Positions 1-9,120 of a DNA stretch of 64,000 nt are shown in pieces. Under the pieces are notes generated by a model. It saw only the letters and a program-made list of their open reading frames with translations, was not told where the DNA came from and did not search any database. The DNA is from an uncultured Planctomycetales bacterium (GTDB lineage: Bacteria > Omnitrophota > Gorgyraeia > Zapsychrales > JANLHA01): contig CAYVEC010000006.1 in the NCBI GenBank assembly GCA_964450385.1, positions 8,745 through 72,744 on the forward strand, written 5' to 3'. Position numbers and translations under genes: made by a program. How positions within the stretch are numbered: the first letter of the stretch is position 1; each line of letters opens with the position of its first letter.

Positions 1-2
1 GG

Positions 3-206
3 CTTGAGCATTATATTGCTGAGTGCGCGCGCCTCCTCGCGGCGAATGCGAGCGTGGGGAAAAAGATGGATTTTGTGGCTCAGGAGATGCAGCGCGAGGT
101 CAACACCATGGGGTCAAAGTTCCAGGACCAGGTTGTTTCGAACTGCGTTATTGCCTTAAAAAGCAAAATTGAGAAACTCCGTGAACAGGCGCAGAATGTC
201 GAGTAA
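3..206 (+). CDS. yicC: YicC-family stress-induced protein, C-terminal fragment (5' end outside window)
   Basis: Frame-3 ORF open from window start to TAA 204-206; C-terminus ...QEMQREVNTMGSKFQDQVVSNCVIALKSKIEKLREQAQNVE matches conserved YicC/DUF1732 tail; classic yicC-gmk-rpoZ neighbourhood. Confidence 0.55.
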   Translation, partial: LEHYIAECARLLAANASVGKKMDFVAQEMQREVNTMGSKFQDQVVSNCVIALKSKIEKLREQAQNVE

Positions 207-840
207 ACAAAACATGACACGCGCCCGCGCGTCCTCCCGAAGGCCGCGGGGCCGGGTGATCATCCTGTCGGGGCCGTCAGGCTCGGGCAAAACCACCATA
301 CACGACAGGCTTTTACAGTTTCCTTCGTTAAAAGGCCGCGTGATACGTTCTGTTTCAGCAACGACCCGGCCGCCGCGCGGCGAAGAGCGGCACGGCAGGG
401 AATATTTCTTTCTTTCCCAGAAAATGTTCGCATATAAAAAAAGGAGCGGGCATTTTTTGGAATCCAAAAAGGTCTTTGCCCATTATTATGGCACGCCGGC
501 CAAGCCGGTTCGCGAGGCCCTCAAGGCGGGAAAGAGCGTTCTGCTCTGTATCGATGTGGCCGGGGCCCGGGATGTCATGAGGAAGATCCCGGGCGCGGTG
601 TCGGTTTTTATCATGCCGCCGTCATTGCTAGAGCTTAAAAAGCGCCTTGCCAAGCGCGGGACCGAGACCGACGAGGCGGCTCGGCTGCGGCTTGCGCGGG
701 CCCGTGAGGAAATGCGTTGCGCGCCCGCGTATGATGCGGTGATCGTGAATGATGATTTGGATGAGGCAGCTCGGAAGGTCGCGGCGTTCCTCTTGGGCCG
801 AATCCGAGAAAAAGATTTTGACAATAAAAAAGCAGTGTGA
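196..840 (+). CDS. gmk: guanylate kinase
   Basis: P-loop GPSGSGKTT; Gmk-like length and motifs; ATG 196 overlaps yicC stop (ORF track 169 start is an upstream extension). Confidence 0.9.
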   Translation: MSSKQNMTRARASSRRPRGRVIILSGPSGSGKTTIHDRLLQFPSLKGRVIRSVSATTRPPRGEERHGREYFFLSQKMFAYKKRSGHFLESKKVFAHYYGTPAKPVREALKAGKSVLLCIDVAGARDVMRKIPGAVSVFIMPPSLLELKKRLAKRGTETDEAARLRLARAREEMRCAPAYDAVIVNDDLDEAARKVAAFLLGRIREKDFDNKKAV

Positions 841-926
841 TATATATATTCACTTCATAAATAGTATAAAAAGGCGCTGTGGGTCCGGAAAGCTGTTCCG
901 GCGTATCAGCATAAGGAGCGAGAGAG

Positions 927-1220
927 ATGGGACATCCCCCGATTGAAGAGTTGCTGCCGAAGAGCGGAATGAGCATTTATAAATTGTCGCGATTAGCGGC
1001 AAATCGTGCCACAGAATTGGCTTTAGGCAAGAAACCGTTGGTTGAGGCGTCCGGCATCACGAAGACCGCGACCGTGGCCTTGGAAGAAGTCCGCGCTGGA
1101 ATGGTCGTGTATGCCGGGGTTGCAGATCAATTTGATCGTCCGGCACCTGCTGCAACAGTCTCTCAAGGCGCGGGCGAGGCGGCTGCTGTGGAGGTCACCG
1201 GGAGCGACGACAAGGAATGA
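927..1220 (+). CDS. rpoZ: DNA-directed RNA polymerase subunit omega
   Basis: 97 aa; N-terminal ...IEELLPKSGMSIYKLSRLAANRATELALG resembles RpoZ core helix; position after gmk as in most bacteria. Confidence 0.6.
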   Translation: MGHPPIEELLPKSGMSIYKLSRLAANRATELALGKKPLVEASGITKTATVALEEVRAGMVVYAGVADQFDRPAPAATVSQGAGEAAAVEVTGSDDKE

Positions 1221-1762
1221 CCGTGTCCCAACGACATATTGTTGTGTGTGTGACTGGAAGTATCGCGGCGTACCGGTCCGCAGAGATCGTGCGCCGATTG
1301 AAAAAAGAGAACTATCTCCTTACGGTCGTCCTGACCGAAGAGGCGGAACGGTTTATTACGCCGCTCACGATGGAGACCCTGTCGGGGGGAAAGGTTTGGC
1401 GGTCTTTGTTTGACCGCGAGGCCTGGCAGGGGCCGATCGGGCATATTCAGCTGGCCCAGGCCGACCTGGTCCTCGTGGCCCCGGCCTCGGCGAACATCAT
1501 CGGCAAGGTCGCCTCGGGGATCGCGGACGATCTAACGAGCTGTTTGATTATGGCCACAACCGCGCCGGTTGTTTTTGTGCCGGCCATGAATGAGAAGATG
1601 TATCAAAATTCGATCGTTCAGGAAAATGTGGCGAAGCTGAAACGGCACGGCGCGTTTTTTATCGGGCCGATGACCGGGGAACTCGCCTGCGGCAAAAGCG
1701 GCGCGGGGCATATCGCCGAGACAGAGGACGTGGTCGCGGCGGTCAAAAAGATCGTACCGTAA
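1217..1762 (+). CDS. coaC: phosphopantothenoylcysteine decarboxylase flavoprotein (CoaC domain only, no CoaB fusion)
   Basis: 181 aa flavoprotein fold: [14 protein letters not shown]...PAMNEKMYQ...; start overlaps rpoZ stop (ATGA). Confidence 0.8.
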   Translation: MTVSQRHIVVCVTGSIAAYRSAEIVRRLKKENYLLTVVLTEEAERFITPLTMETLSGGKVWRSLFDREAWQGPIGHIQLAQADLVLVAPASANIIGKVASGIADDLTSCLIMATTAPVVFVPAMNEKMYQNSIVQENVAKLKRHGAFFIGPMTGELACGKSGAGHIAETEDVVAAVKKIVP

Positions 1763-1769
1763 AAGGTTT

Positions 1770-1840
1770 GGCGACGTGGCCGAGTGGTTAGGCAGAGGTC
1801 TGCAAAACCTCGTACAGCGGTTCGACCCCGCTCGTCGCCT
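1770..1840 (+). tRNA. tRNA-Cys(GCA)
   Basis: Hand-folded cloverleaf: acceptor GGCGACG/CGTCGCC, anticodon stem GAGGT/ACCTC, loop CTGCAAA, T-arm AGCGG-TTCGACC-CCGCT; no encoded CCA. Confidence 0.85.
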
Positions 1841-1885
1841 TAGATGTTTTTGGGATTTGGGGTGGGACGACACGGAAGGCTTTGA

Positions 1886-1968
1886 GGGCAAGTGGTGGAA
1901 TGGCATACACGCAGGACTTAAAATCCTGTGGCCGCAAGGCTGTGTGGGTTCGACTCCCACCTTGCCCA
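1886..1968 (+). tRNA. tRNA-Leu(TAA), long variable arm
   Basis: Acceptor GGGCAAG/CTTGCCC, anticodon stem CAGGA/TCCTG, loop CTTAAAA, 15-nt variable stem-loop, T-arm GTGGG-TTCGACT-CCCAC; no encoded CCA. Confidence 0.8.
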
Positions 1969-1993
1969 CAACTATTGTGGCAGGGATCGCAGT

Positions 1994-2070
1994 GGGTGGT
2001 TAGCTCAGTTGGTTAGAGCGTCACGTTGACATCGTGAAGGTCACAAGTTCGAGTCTTGTACCGCCCACCA
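1994..2070 (+). tRNA. tRNA-Val(GAC)
   Basis: Acceptor GGGTGGT/ACCGCCC (one G.T), anticodon stem TCACG/CGTGA, loop TTGACAT, T-arm ACAAG-TTCGAGT-CTTGT; CCA encoded (2068-2070). Confidence 0.85.
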
Positions 2071-2114
2071 TAATTTTAGGCCCGCAAACATAGGGCCGAG
2101 GAAGGACCGCTGGC

Positions 2115-3854
2115 GTGGGAGGGGAAGGAAACAACCATCTTGAGACCGTTCGACACAGCTGCGCCCATATTATGGCGCAGGCCGTGAAATCGATGTGGCC
2201 TGATGTGAAGGTCGCGATCGGTCCGGCGATCGATAATGGGTTTTATTATGATTTTGACAAGGCCGAACCCTTTACCCCAGACGATCTTAAGCGGATCGAG
2301 AAGGAGATGTGGCGGATCATCAATAAAAATCCGCGGTTTGTTCAGCGGATGATGCCGCGCGGTGAGGCGCGGGCGTTCTTTGAGAAACACGGGGAAACGT
2401 ATAAAGTCGAACTGATCGACGGGATCGAGGATCAGGAGGTGTCGATCTATACGACCGGCGACGGTGCTTTTGTGGACCTCTGCCGGGGGCCGCATATTGC
2501 CGAGGCCCGCGAGATCAAGGCTTTTAAACTGGTGTCGGTCGCAGGCGCGTATTGGCGCGGGGACGAAACGCGGCCGATGCTCCAGCGGATCTACGCGGTC
2601 TGTTTTGAGACGCCCGGCGAGCTTGACGGCTATCTCGCGATGATGGCCGAGGCGGAAAAGCGCGACCATCGCAAGCTTGGTCCCCAGCTCGACCTGTTTC
2701 AGATCTATCACGACCAGGCCGGTGCGGGGCTTGTGTTTTATCATCCGCAGGGCGCGCTGCTTAGAAAAATCATCGAGGACTATCTGCGCAACAAACATTT
2801 GGCGAGCGGATACGATCTCGTTCAGACGCCGAACCTGTTAAAGGGAAAACTCTGGGAACAGAGCGGTCACGCCGGATACTATCGGGAGAACATGTATTAT
2901 CTTTCGGTGGATGAGGAAGAATATGCGGTGAAGCCGATGAACTGTCCAGGGCATATGCTCATTTATAAATCGCGGCTTCATTCGTATCGAGAGCTGCCCA
3001 TCCGGTATTTCGAACTCGGCACCGTGTACCGTCAGGAAAAGGCCGGCGTTCTTCATGGCCTGCTTCGCGTCCGCGGGTTCACCCAGGACGATGCCCATAT
3101 TTTTTGCACCCCGGCGCAGCTGCGCGGGGAGGTCGAGGGCGTGATCGATTTTGTTTCTGACACGATGAATGATTTTGGATTTCACGATCTCGACATTGAG
3201 ATCAGCACCCGTCCGGAAAAATTCATCGGGCGCGTCGAGGATTGGGAGACCGCGACGGAAGCCCTGAAGGCGTCGCTTATCGCCAAGGGGATTGCCTTTA
3301 AGATCAATGAAGGCGACGGCGCGTTCTACGGTCCGAAGATCGATATTAAGTTGAAAGACGCGATCGGCCGCGCGTGGCAGTGCGCGACGATCCAATGCGA
3401 TTTTTCACTGCCCGAACGGTTTGATCTTTCCTATATTGATGAGGACGGAACGGCGCATCGGCCGATTATGATCCACCGGGCGGTCTTGGGCAGTGTGGAG
3501 CGTTTTATCGGAACACTTATCGAGCATTACGCGGGAAATTTCCCGCTCTGGCTCTCGCCGACGCAGGCCTTGGTGATCCCGATCAAGACCGAGCACGAGG
3601 CGTACGCAGGCCAGGTCCTGAAGACATTGCAGGCTCGGGGGCTTCGGGTTATAATGGACAGCCGTAACGAGAGCCTGAACCGGCGGGTTCGCGAGGCCGC
3701 CATGAAAAAGACGCCGTATGTTTTGATCATCGGGGACCAGGAGGCACACGACGCGCAGGTTTCGGTCAGGAAGCGCGGCAATGAGGATCTAGGGAAGATG
3801 TCCTGTGATGCGTTTGCTCAGATGTTGGATGACGATATCCGGCATCGGCGATAG
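2115..3854 (+). CDS. thrS: threonyl-tRNA synthetase (lacks N-terminal TGS domain)
   Basis: 579 aa; begins at the conserved RHSCAHIMAQA (N2 domain) then class II catalytic and anticodon-binding domains; GTG start 2115; in-frame TAG at 2091 prevents upstream extension. Confidence 0.9.
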   Translation: MGGEGNNHLETVRHSCAHIMAQAVKSMWPDVKVAIGPAIDNGFYYDFDKAEPFTPDDLKRIEKEMWRIINKNPRFVQRMMPRGEARAFFEKHGETYKVELIDGIEDQEVSIYTTGDGAFVDLCRGPHIAEAREIKAFKLVSVAGAYWRGDETRPMLQRIYAVCFETPGELDGYLAMMAEAEKRDHRKLGPQLDLFQIYHDQAGAGLVFYHPQGALLRKIIEDYLRNKHLASGYDLVQTPNLLKGKLWEQSGHAGYYRENMYYLSVDEEEYAVKPMNCPGHMLIYKSRLHSYRELPIRYFELGTVYRQEKAGVLHGLLRVRGFTQDDAHIFCTPAQLRGEVEGVIDFVSDTMNDFGFHDLDIEISTRPEKFIGRVEDWETATEALKASLIAKGIAFKINEGDGAFYGPKIDIKLKDAIGRAWQCATIQCDFSLPERFDLSYIDEDGTAHRPIMIHRAVLGSVERFIGTLIEHYAGNFPLWLSPTQALVIPIKTEHEAYAGQVLKTLQARGLRVIMDSRNESLNRRVREAAMKKTPYVLIIGDQEAHDAQVSVRKRGNEDLGKMSCDAFAQMLDDDIRHRR

Positions 3855-3884
3855 AGAAGAACAATTGTAACAGGAGGTGCTGTC

Positions 3885-4439
3885 ATTCAAAAATTTGTGA
3901 GGGTCAACGATCGTATCCGGTCACCCGAAGTTCGCGTGATCGGTCCTGAGGCGGAGCAGCTGGGCGTTGTGGTCTTGCGGCGGGCCCTGGAGTTGGCGGA
4001 GGAACACGGACTTGACCTCGTTGAGGTCGCGCCCACGGCCAAACCGCCGGTCTGTCGGATCATGGACTACAGCAAGTATAAATATGACCAGGAAAAAAAA
4101 GAGCGGCGGGTCAAGAAGAATCAAACGGTAACGCATTTGAAACAGATCCGGATCAAGCCGCACATTGACGATAATGACTATCAGGTGAAGCTGAGGCAGA
4201 CGATCTCGTTCTTAGAGAAGCACGACAAGGTCAAGATCAATCTTTTTTTTAGAGGCCGCGAGCTCGCGTTCCGGGATCAGGGCGCCGCGGTGATTAAACG
4301 GTTCATTGAGGATACGAATGAGTATGGACAGGCCGAACGGTCCCCGATCATGGAGGGGAAGGTTATGTCGGTTGTCATTGCGCCAAGATCCGAAAAACTG
4401 AAAACTAAAGATGGTGAGAAATCAGATCCCGCGGAGTAG
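3885..4439 (+). CDS. infC: translation initiation factor IF-3, probable ATT start
   Basis: IF3 N- and C-domains (...PPVCRIMDYSKYKYDQEKK...); strong SD AGGAGG 3872-3877 sits 7 nt before in-frame ATT 3885; ORF-track GTG 3897 has no SD; AUU start is the conserved infC autoregulatory feature. Confidence 0.85.
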   Translation: MQKFVRVNDRIRSPEVRVIGPEAEQLGVVVLRRALELAEEHGLDLVEVAPTAKPPVCRIMDYSKYKYDQEKKERRVKKNQTVTHLKQIRIKPHIDDNDYQVKLRQTISFLEKHDKVKINLFFRGRELAFRDQGAAVIKRFIEDTNEYGQAERSPIMEGKVMSVVIAPRSEKLKTKDGEKSDPAE

Positions 4440-4469
4440 GGCGGGAGGGTGTTACAAAGGGAGTGAATA

Positions 4470-4673
4470 ATGCCTAAGTTAAAGACCAATCGATCGGCCG
4501 CGAAGCGGTTTAAGATCACAAAGACCGGCAAGATTAAGAAGCGCAGCGCCAATCGAGGCCATATTCTTGGGAAGATGGCTCGTAAGCGTAAGCGTCAATT
4601 ACGCAAGAGCGACTATCTTGACAAGGTGGAAGAAAAGAAGATAAGGAGGTTGTTGCCTTATGGTACGAATTAA
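4470..4673 (+). CDS. rpmI: 50S ribosomal protein L35
   Basis: [25 protein letters not shown]... canonical L35; infC-rpmI-rplT order. Confidence 0.9.
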   Translation: MPKLKTNRSAAKRFKITKTGKIKKRSANRGHILGKMARKRKRQLRKSDYLDKVEEKKIRRLLPYGTN

Positions 4674-5046
4674 AGCATCCGTGGCACGCAGGCAGGGGCG
4701 GAAGCGCGTTTTCAAGGCGACCAAAGGTCAATTTGGACACAGGAAATCCCGTTTTCGTCAGGCGATCCGATCGCTGATCAAGGGCATGTCGTATGCCTAT
4801 CGCGACCGCAAGGTGAAGACTCGGGAGTTCCGAACGCTCTGGATCGTTCGGATCAACGCCGCATGCCGTGCGGCGGGGATTTCGTATAGCCGTTTCATGA
4901 ACGGGCTGACGCGGGTCAACATTGAGATCAATCGAAAGGCCCTGGCCGAGATGGCCGTTAACGATCCCGTGGCGTTTGCCAAGATCGTTGAGATTGTCAA
5001 AGGCGCAGCACCAGAAGCGTCTTCGACGTCAGCAGTGAATGCTTAA
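4660..5046 (+). CDS. rplT: 50S ribosomal protein L20 (short C-terminal extension)
   Basis: [28 protein letters not shown]... canonical L20; start overlaps rpmI end. Confidence 0.9.
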   Translation: MVRIKASVARRQGRKRVFKATKGQFGHRKSRFRQAIRSLIKGMSYAYRDRKVKTREFRTLWIVRINAACRAAGISYSRFMNGLTRVNIEINRKALAEMAVNDPVAFAKIVEIVKGAAPEASSTSAVNA

Positions 5047-5071
5047 AAAAGGCGTGGACAAAGACATCGGC

Positions 5072-5108
5072 GGGCTCTATCTTAGGAAGAGATAGAGCCC
5101 GTTTTGTC
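5072..5108 (+). terminator. rho-independent terminator of thrS-infC-rpmI-rplT operon
   Basis: 11-bp stem GGGCTCTATCT/AGATAGAGCCC, 7-nt loop, followed by GTTTTGT. Confidence 0.7.
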
Positions 5109-5179
5109 GGACGGAGCAGGAGAAGCGCGAGGAAGGGCCCTGCCTCAGGTTCGGGTCTGCGCAACGCGGAGGGAAAGAG

Positions 5180-6532
5180 ATGAGGATTGTGATCGTAGGC
5201 GCCGGGGTGATCGGCTTTAATTTGGCTAAGGATCTGTCTTCGGAGCACGAGATCTTTTTGATTGAAGAGGACGCCGCGACGGCGGAGAAGGCCGCGGAGA
5301 AGCTTGATGTCAAGGTCCTGGTCGGGAATGGCGCCGACCCGTCGGTCTTAACCCAATCGCCGGTCCATTATGCGGATCTGGTCATTGCGGTGACGGCATC
5401 GGATGAGGTGAATGTCGTTGTCTGTGCGCTCGCCGCTGCGTATGGCGCCAAATATCGGGTCGCGCGCGTTCGCAACGCCTCCTTGGCGCGGGCCTTGGAG
5501 CGTTTTCGCGGAGGACAATTTTATATCGATGATGTGATCAATCCCGAGGAACTGGCCGCGAGCGCGATCGTCGCGAGTATCAGCACCCCCGGGGCGCGAG
5601 AGGTCGCGGATTTTGCCGAGGGGCGGATCCTGTTCCGCGTTTTTGATGTCGAAGAGGCCTCTCCGCTCGCGGGGATGCGGCTGTCGGCCTTAAATCAGGA
5701 GGATTTTCCCTGGCCGTTCTTGGTAATCGCGGTGATGCGCCAGGGCAAAGTCTTTTTCCCTAAGGGCGACGCCGAGTTGCATCAGGGCGACCGTATTTAT
5801 GTCCTGTTGCCGAAGAACTCTGTCGGCGAGTTTATCGCCTTTATTTATCCGAATATTCGAAAGTATAAGAAGATCGTTGTCTACGGGGCGACGAAGATTG
5901 GCACCAGCGTTGTCGCGACCCTTCGGAATTCTATTGAGGACGTTGTTCTCATTGAGGAGAACCCTGCCCTGGCTGAGGAGGCCGCAGGCCAATATCAGAA
6001 GGTCCGCGTGATCAATGGGTCGGCCTCGGAGGTGGACATATTAAAGGAAAGCGGGATCGAGGCGGCCGATGCCTATATTGCCGTTTCGTCTGAAGACCAT
6101 GTCAATATCGTGAGCGCGGTCCTGGCGAAAAAGATGGGGGCGGAAACAACGATCATCTCAACAGCGGCCCCTGATTATATGGCGGTGATGGACACGCTTG
6201 ATATTGATACCGTGATCAACGCGAGATTTTTGGCCGTGGACCAGATCTTGAAATATGTCCGGGGCCGCGGGATCAGCGCAATTAGTTCCTTTGCTGAGTG
6301 TGAGGCCGAGGCCCTTGAGCTTGTGCCTGAAGAGGGGTCGCCGATCACGAGGGCGCCGTTGAAAGACCTGTCGTTCCCATCAAACTCGCTCGTCGGCGCG
6401 GTCTGCCGTGGGGATGAGGTTTTGTTGGCGAATGGGAATCTTCAGATCCGGCCCGGGGAGCGTGTGATTGTTTTCTGTCAGCAGGCGGAGGGGCGGCGCC
6501 TGCAAAAACTTTTTATGAAGAAATCATATTGA
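5180..6532 (+). CDS. trkA: Trk potassium uptake protein TrkA (tandem RCK/NAD-binding)
   Basis: Two Rossmann GxGxxG modules (IVIVGAGVIGFNLAK; IVVYGATKIGTSV) plus RCK_C; 450 aa. Confidence 0.85.
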   Translation: MRIVIVGAGVIGFNLAKDLSSEHEIFLIEEDAATAEKAAEKLDVKVLVGNGADPSVLTQSPVHYADLVIAVTASDEVNVVVCALAAAYGAKYRVARVRNASLARALERFRGGQFYIDDVINPEELAASAIVASISTPGAREVADFAEGRILFRVFDVEEASPLAGMRLSALNQEDFPWPFLVIAVMRQGKVFFPKGDAELHQGDRIYVLLPKNSVGEFIAFIYPNIRKYKKIVVYGATKIGTSVVATLRNSIEDVVLIEENPALAEEAAGQYQKVRVINGSASEVDILKESGIEAADAYIAVSSEDHVNIVSAVLAKKMGAETTIISTAAPDYMAVMDTLDIDTVINARFLAVDQILKYVRGRGISAISSFAECEAEALELVPEEGSPITRAPLKDLSFPSNSLVGAVCRGDEVLLANGNLQIRPGERVIVFCQQAEGRRLQKLFMKKSY

Positions 6533-6543
6533 GCTGATGCGCC

Positions 6544-7995
6544 ATGCATAAACGGATCGTTTTTAATTTGATTTCCCGGATGATTCTTTTGGTGAGTCTG
6601 TTCTTGTTGTTGCCCCTGGCTTGGGCGGTCGCGGACCATCCGGACAGCGCGGAGACCCATGCGTTTATTGTCACGATCCTCGCGGGCCTCGCGTTTGCCT
6701 GCGTCGGCAATGGGGTGTTTCGTCTGGAAAAAATCGCCTTGGCGCAGATGGGGACAAAGGACGGACTTGCGATCGTCGGGCTGACCTGGATCACTCTTTC
6801 GGCGTTCGGGGCCTTGCCGTTTTTTTTAAGCGGAGAGATCGCAAGCTATACAGATGCTTTTTTTGAGACGGCGAGCGGGCTTACCACGACCGGAGCGTCG
6901 ATTCTTACCGATGTTGAGGCCTTGTCGAGGGGCCTGCTGTTTTGGAGGAGCCTCACCCATTGGATCGGGGGCATGGGGATCGTCGTTCTTTTTGTGGCGC
7001 TGTTGCCCTCGATCGGAGGAGGGTCTCTTCAGCTCTACCGCGCGGAGGCCTCAGGGGTCACGGTCGATCGGGTCGCGCCGCGCATTCGTGAGAACGCGAA
7101 AATTTTATGGCTGATTTATTTTTTTCTGTCGCTAGCCTGTTTTGGACTGCTTTTTGTGAACGGGATGCCGGTCTTTGACGCTTTGTGCCATGCCTTTGGA
7201 GCGATCGCGACCGGCGGGTTTTCAACGAAGAATGCTGGTGTTGCGGTGTATGGCCCGGCGATTCAGTGGACGCTTACTCTCTTTATGTTTTTAGGCGGGG
7301 TCAATTTTATTTTGTACTATCAGCTTTTTAGGGGCAAACCGAGGGAGCTTATTAAAGATGAAGAGCTCAGAATGTTTGCCTTGATCGTGGTTGGAGTTTC
7401 GCTCGTTTTTGCCTTTCTTTTATGGCCGAGCGGCGTGGCGAGTCCTGTTCGGCATGCGTTTTTTCAGGCAACATCAATCTTGACTACGACGGGGTTTGTC
7501 ACGACGGACTTTGACCGCTGGCCGGATGTTTTACGAGGACTCGTGTTGTTTTTGATGTTTATTGGAGGGAGCGCAGGGTCAACGAGCGGCGGGTTTAAGA
7601 TCGTGCGGACTATCATGTTGGTTAAGAGCATGGTGAAGTCGGTGGTCAAGGCGATCTATCCGAACGCCGTTGTCCCGGCGCGGTTCAATCAAAAGCCCTT
7701 TTCCGAAAAGATCGAGCTCGCGGTCTTAACCTATTTTTCGATCTTTGTGGTTTTGATTGCCGGCGGCACCTTGTTTCTGCTCGTTTCTGATCGCACGGAT
7801 ATTATTACAGCGTTCAGCGCGGCCTTGTCCGCGACGAGCAGTGTCGGCCCTGGTCTTGGCGGTGTTGGCCCGATGCAGAATTTTGGCTGGTTGAGCGATC
7901 CGGGGAAATACGCGCTTGTCTTTTTGATGATCGCCGGCCGCCTGGAGATGTACGCCTTCCTGATCCTCTTTTTTCCGACGACGTGGAAAAAGTAG
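6544..7995 (+). CDS. trkH: Trk/Ktr potassium uptake membrane subunit TrkH
   Basis: Polytopic; repeated selectivity-filter-like TTTG motifs (GLTTTGASIL, ILTTTGFVT, IATGGFST). Confidence 0.85.
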   Translation: MHKRIVFNLISRMILLVSLFLLLPLAWAVADHPDSAETHAFIVTILAGLAFACVGNGVFRLEKIALAQMGTKDGLAIVGLTWITLSAFGALPFFLSGEIASYTDAFFETASGLTTTGASILTDVEALSRGLLFWRSLTHWIGGMGIVVLFVALLPSIGGGSLQLYRAEASGVTVDRVAPRIRENAKILWLIYFFLSLACFGLLFVNGMPVFDALCHAFGAIATGGFSTKNAGVAVYGPAIQWTLTLFMFLGGVNFILYYQLFRGKPRELIKDEELRMFALIVVGVSLVFAFLLWPSGVASPVRHAFFQATSILTTTGFVTTDFDRWPDVLRGLVLFLMFIGGSAGSTSGGFKIVRTIMLVKSMVKSVVKAIYPNAVVPARFNQKPFSEKIELAVLTYFSIFVVLIAGGTLFLLVSDRTDIITAFSAALSATSSVGPGLGGVGPMQNFGWLSDPGKYALVFLMIAGRLEMYAFLILFFPTTWKK

Positions 7996-8061
7996 GGACC
8001 GGGGTGCCGATCGGTGATCCGGCGTGGTATAATGATCGCCGGTTCAGGATGGACGAGAGGA

Positions 8062-9111
8062 ATGATGATGTGGAATTTTGATCAGATACGGAGTGAGGCA
8101 GAGGCAGAGGCGGCCGCGGTCCGTGACGCCGCCGGGCTCGAGGCCTTCCGCTTAAAGTACCTTGGGAAGAAAGGGCTTATTCAGGAGATGTACGCGGCCC
8201 TGCCGTCGGCCTCTCCGGAGGAGAAGCCGCTCTTGGGCAAGGAGGCGAATCTGTTGCGTTCGGCGGTGACCGCCCTTGTTGACGAGAAAAAAAAGCAGAT
8301 TGACGCTGACTCCGCCGCCGGCGGCGGACAGCGGGTTTGCGCGCTTGACGTCACCCTGCCAGGGATCAAACCGGCGCAGGGGCACGCCCATATCCTTCAT
8401 CAGACGATCGATGAGATCTGCGCGATCTTTGAGGGGATGGGGTTTGTCGTGGCCGAGGGGCCGGAGATCGAAACGGAATTCTATAATTTTGACGCCTTGA
8501 ACATTCCGCCGGAACATCCGTCGCGCGACGGGTTTGACACTTTTTATGTCGACATCCCCGATCCCAAAAAGAGGGGGACGCGTCAGCTTCTGCGGAGCCA
8601 GACCTCGCCTGTTCAGGTCCGCGTGATGCAGAAATTCGCGCCGCCGCTTGCGGTTGTGGTCCCGGGGAAGGTTTATCGTCCCGACGCTGTTGACGCGAGC
8701 CATTCGTTCATGTTTCACCAGATCGAGGGCCTGCTCGTGGACCGTGAGGTTCGGTTCTCTGATCTCAAAGGCCTGATCGAGGCGTTTCTTAAAAAACTTT
8801 TTGGCGCGGACATCCGGATGCGGATGAGGCCGCACTTTTTTCCTTTCACGGAGCCGTCGGCCGAGGTGGACATCTCGTGTTATATCTGTAAGGGCAAGGG
8901 GTGTTCGGTGTGTAAGCGCAGCGGATGGCTTGAGATCATGGGCTGCGGGATGGTCCATCCGAAGGTGTTTGAGGCGGTCGGCTATCCGTCGGGGAAATAT
9001 ACCGGACTTGCCTTCGGCCTGGGGGTCGAGCGGCTGACGATGCTGAAGTATGGGATCCGGGACATCCGATTGTTTTATGAAAACGATCTGCGGTTTTTGG
9101 CGCAGTTTTAG
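8062..9111 (+). CDS. pheS: phenylalanyl-tRNA synthetase alpha subunit
   Basis: Class II motifs incl. FPFTEPSAEVD; N-terminal ...FRLKYLGKKG; ORF-track start 8014 trimmed to first ATG cluster 8062-8070. Confidence 0.9.
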   Translation: MMMWNFDQIRSEAEAEAAAVRDAAGLEAFRLKYLGKKGLIQEMYAALPSASPEEKPLLGKEANLLRSAVTALVDEKKKQIDADSAAGGGQRVCALDVTLPGIKPAQGHAHILHQTIDEICAIFEGMGFVVAEGPEIETEFYNFDALNIPPEHPSRDGFDTFYVDIPDPKKRGTRQLLRSQTSPVQVRVMQKFAPPLAVVVPGKVYRPDAVDASHSFMFHQIEGLLVDREVRFSDLKGLIEAFLKKLFGADIRMRMRPHFFPFTEPSAEVDISCYICKGKGCSVCKRSGWLEIMGCGMVHPKVFEAVGYPSGKYTGLAFGLGVERLTMLKYGIRDIRLFYENDLRFLAQF

Positions 9112-9120
9112 GGCTGAGCG

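Noticed and set aside
1776-2003. 75-aa ORF spanning the tRNA-Cys/Leu/Val cluster
   Set aside because: It overlaps three cloverleaf-folding tRNA genes and its product has no protein-like features.
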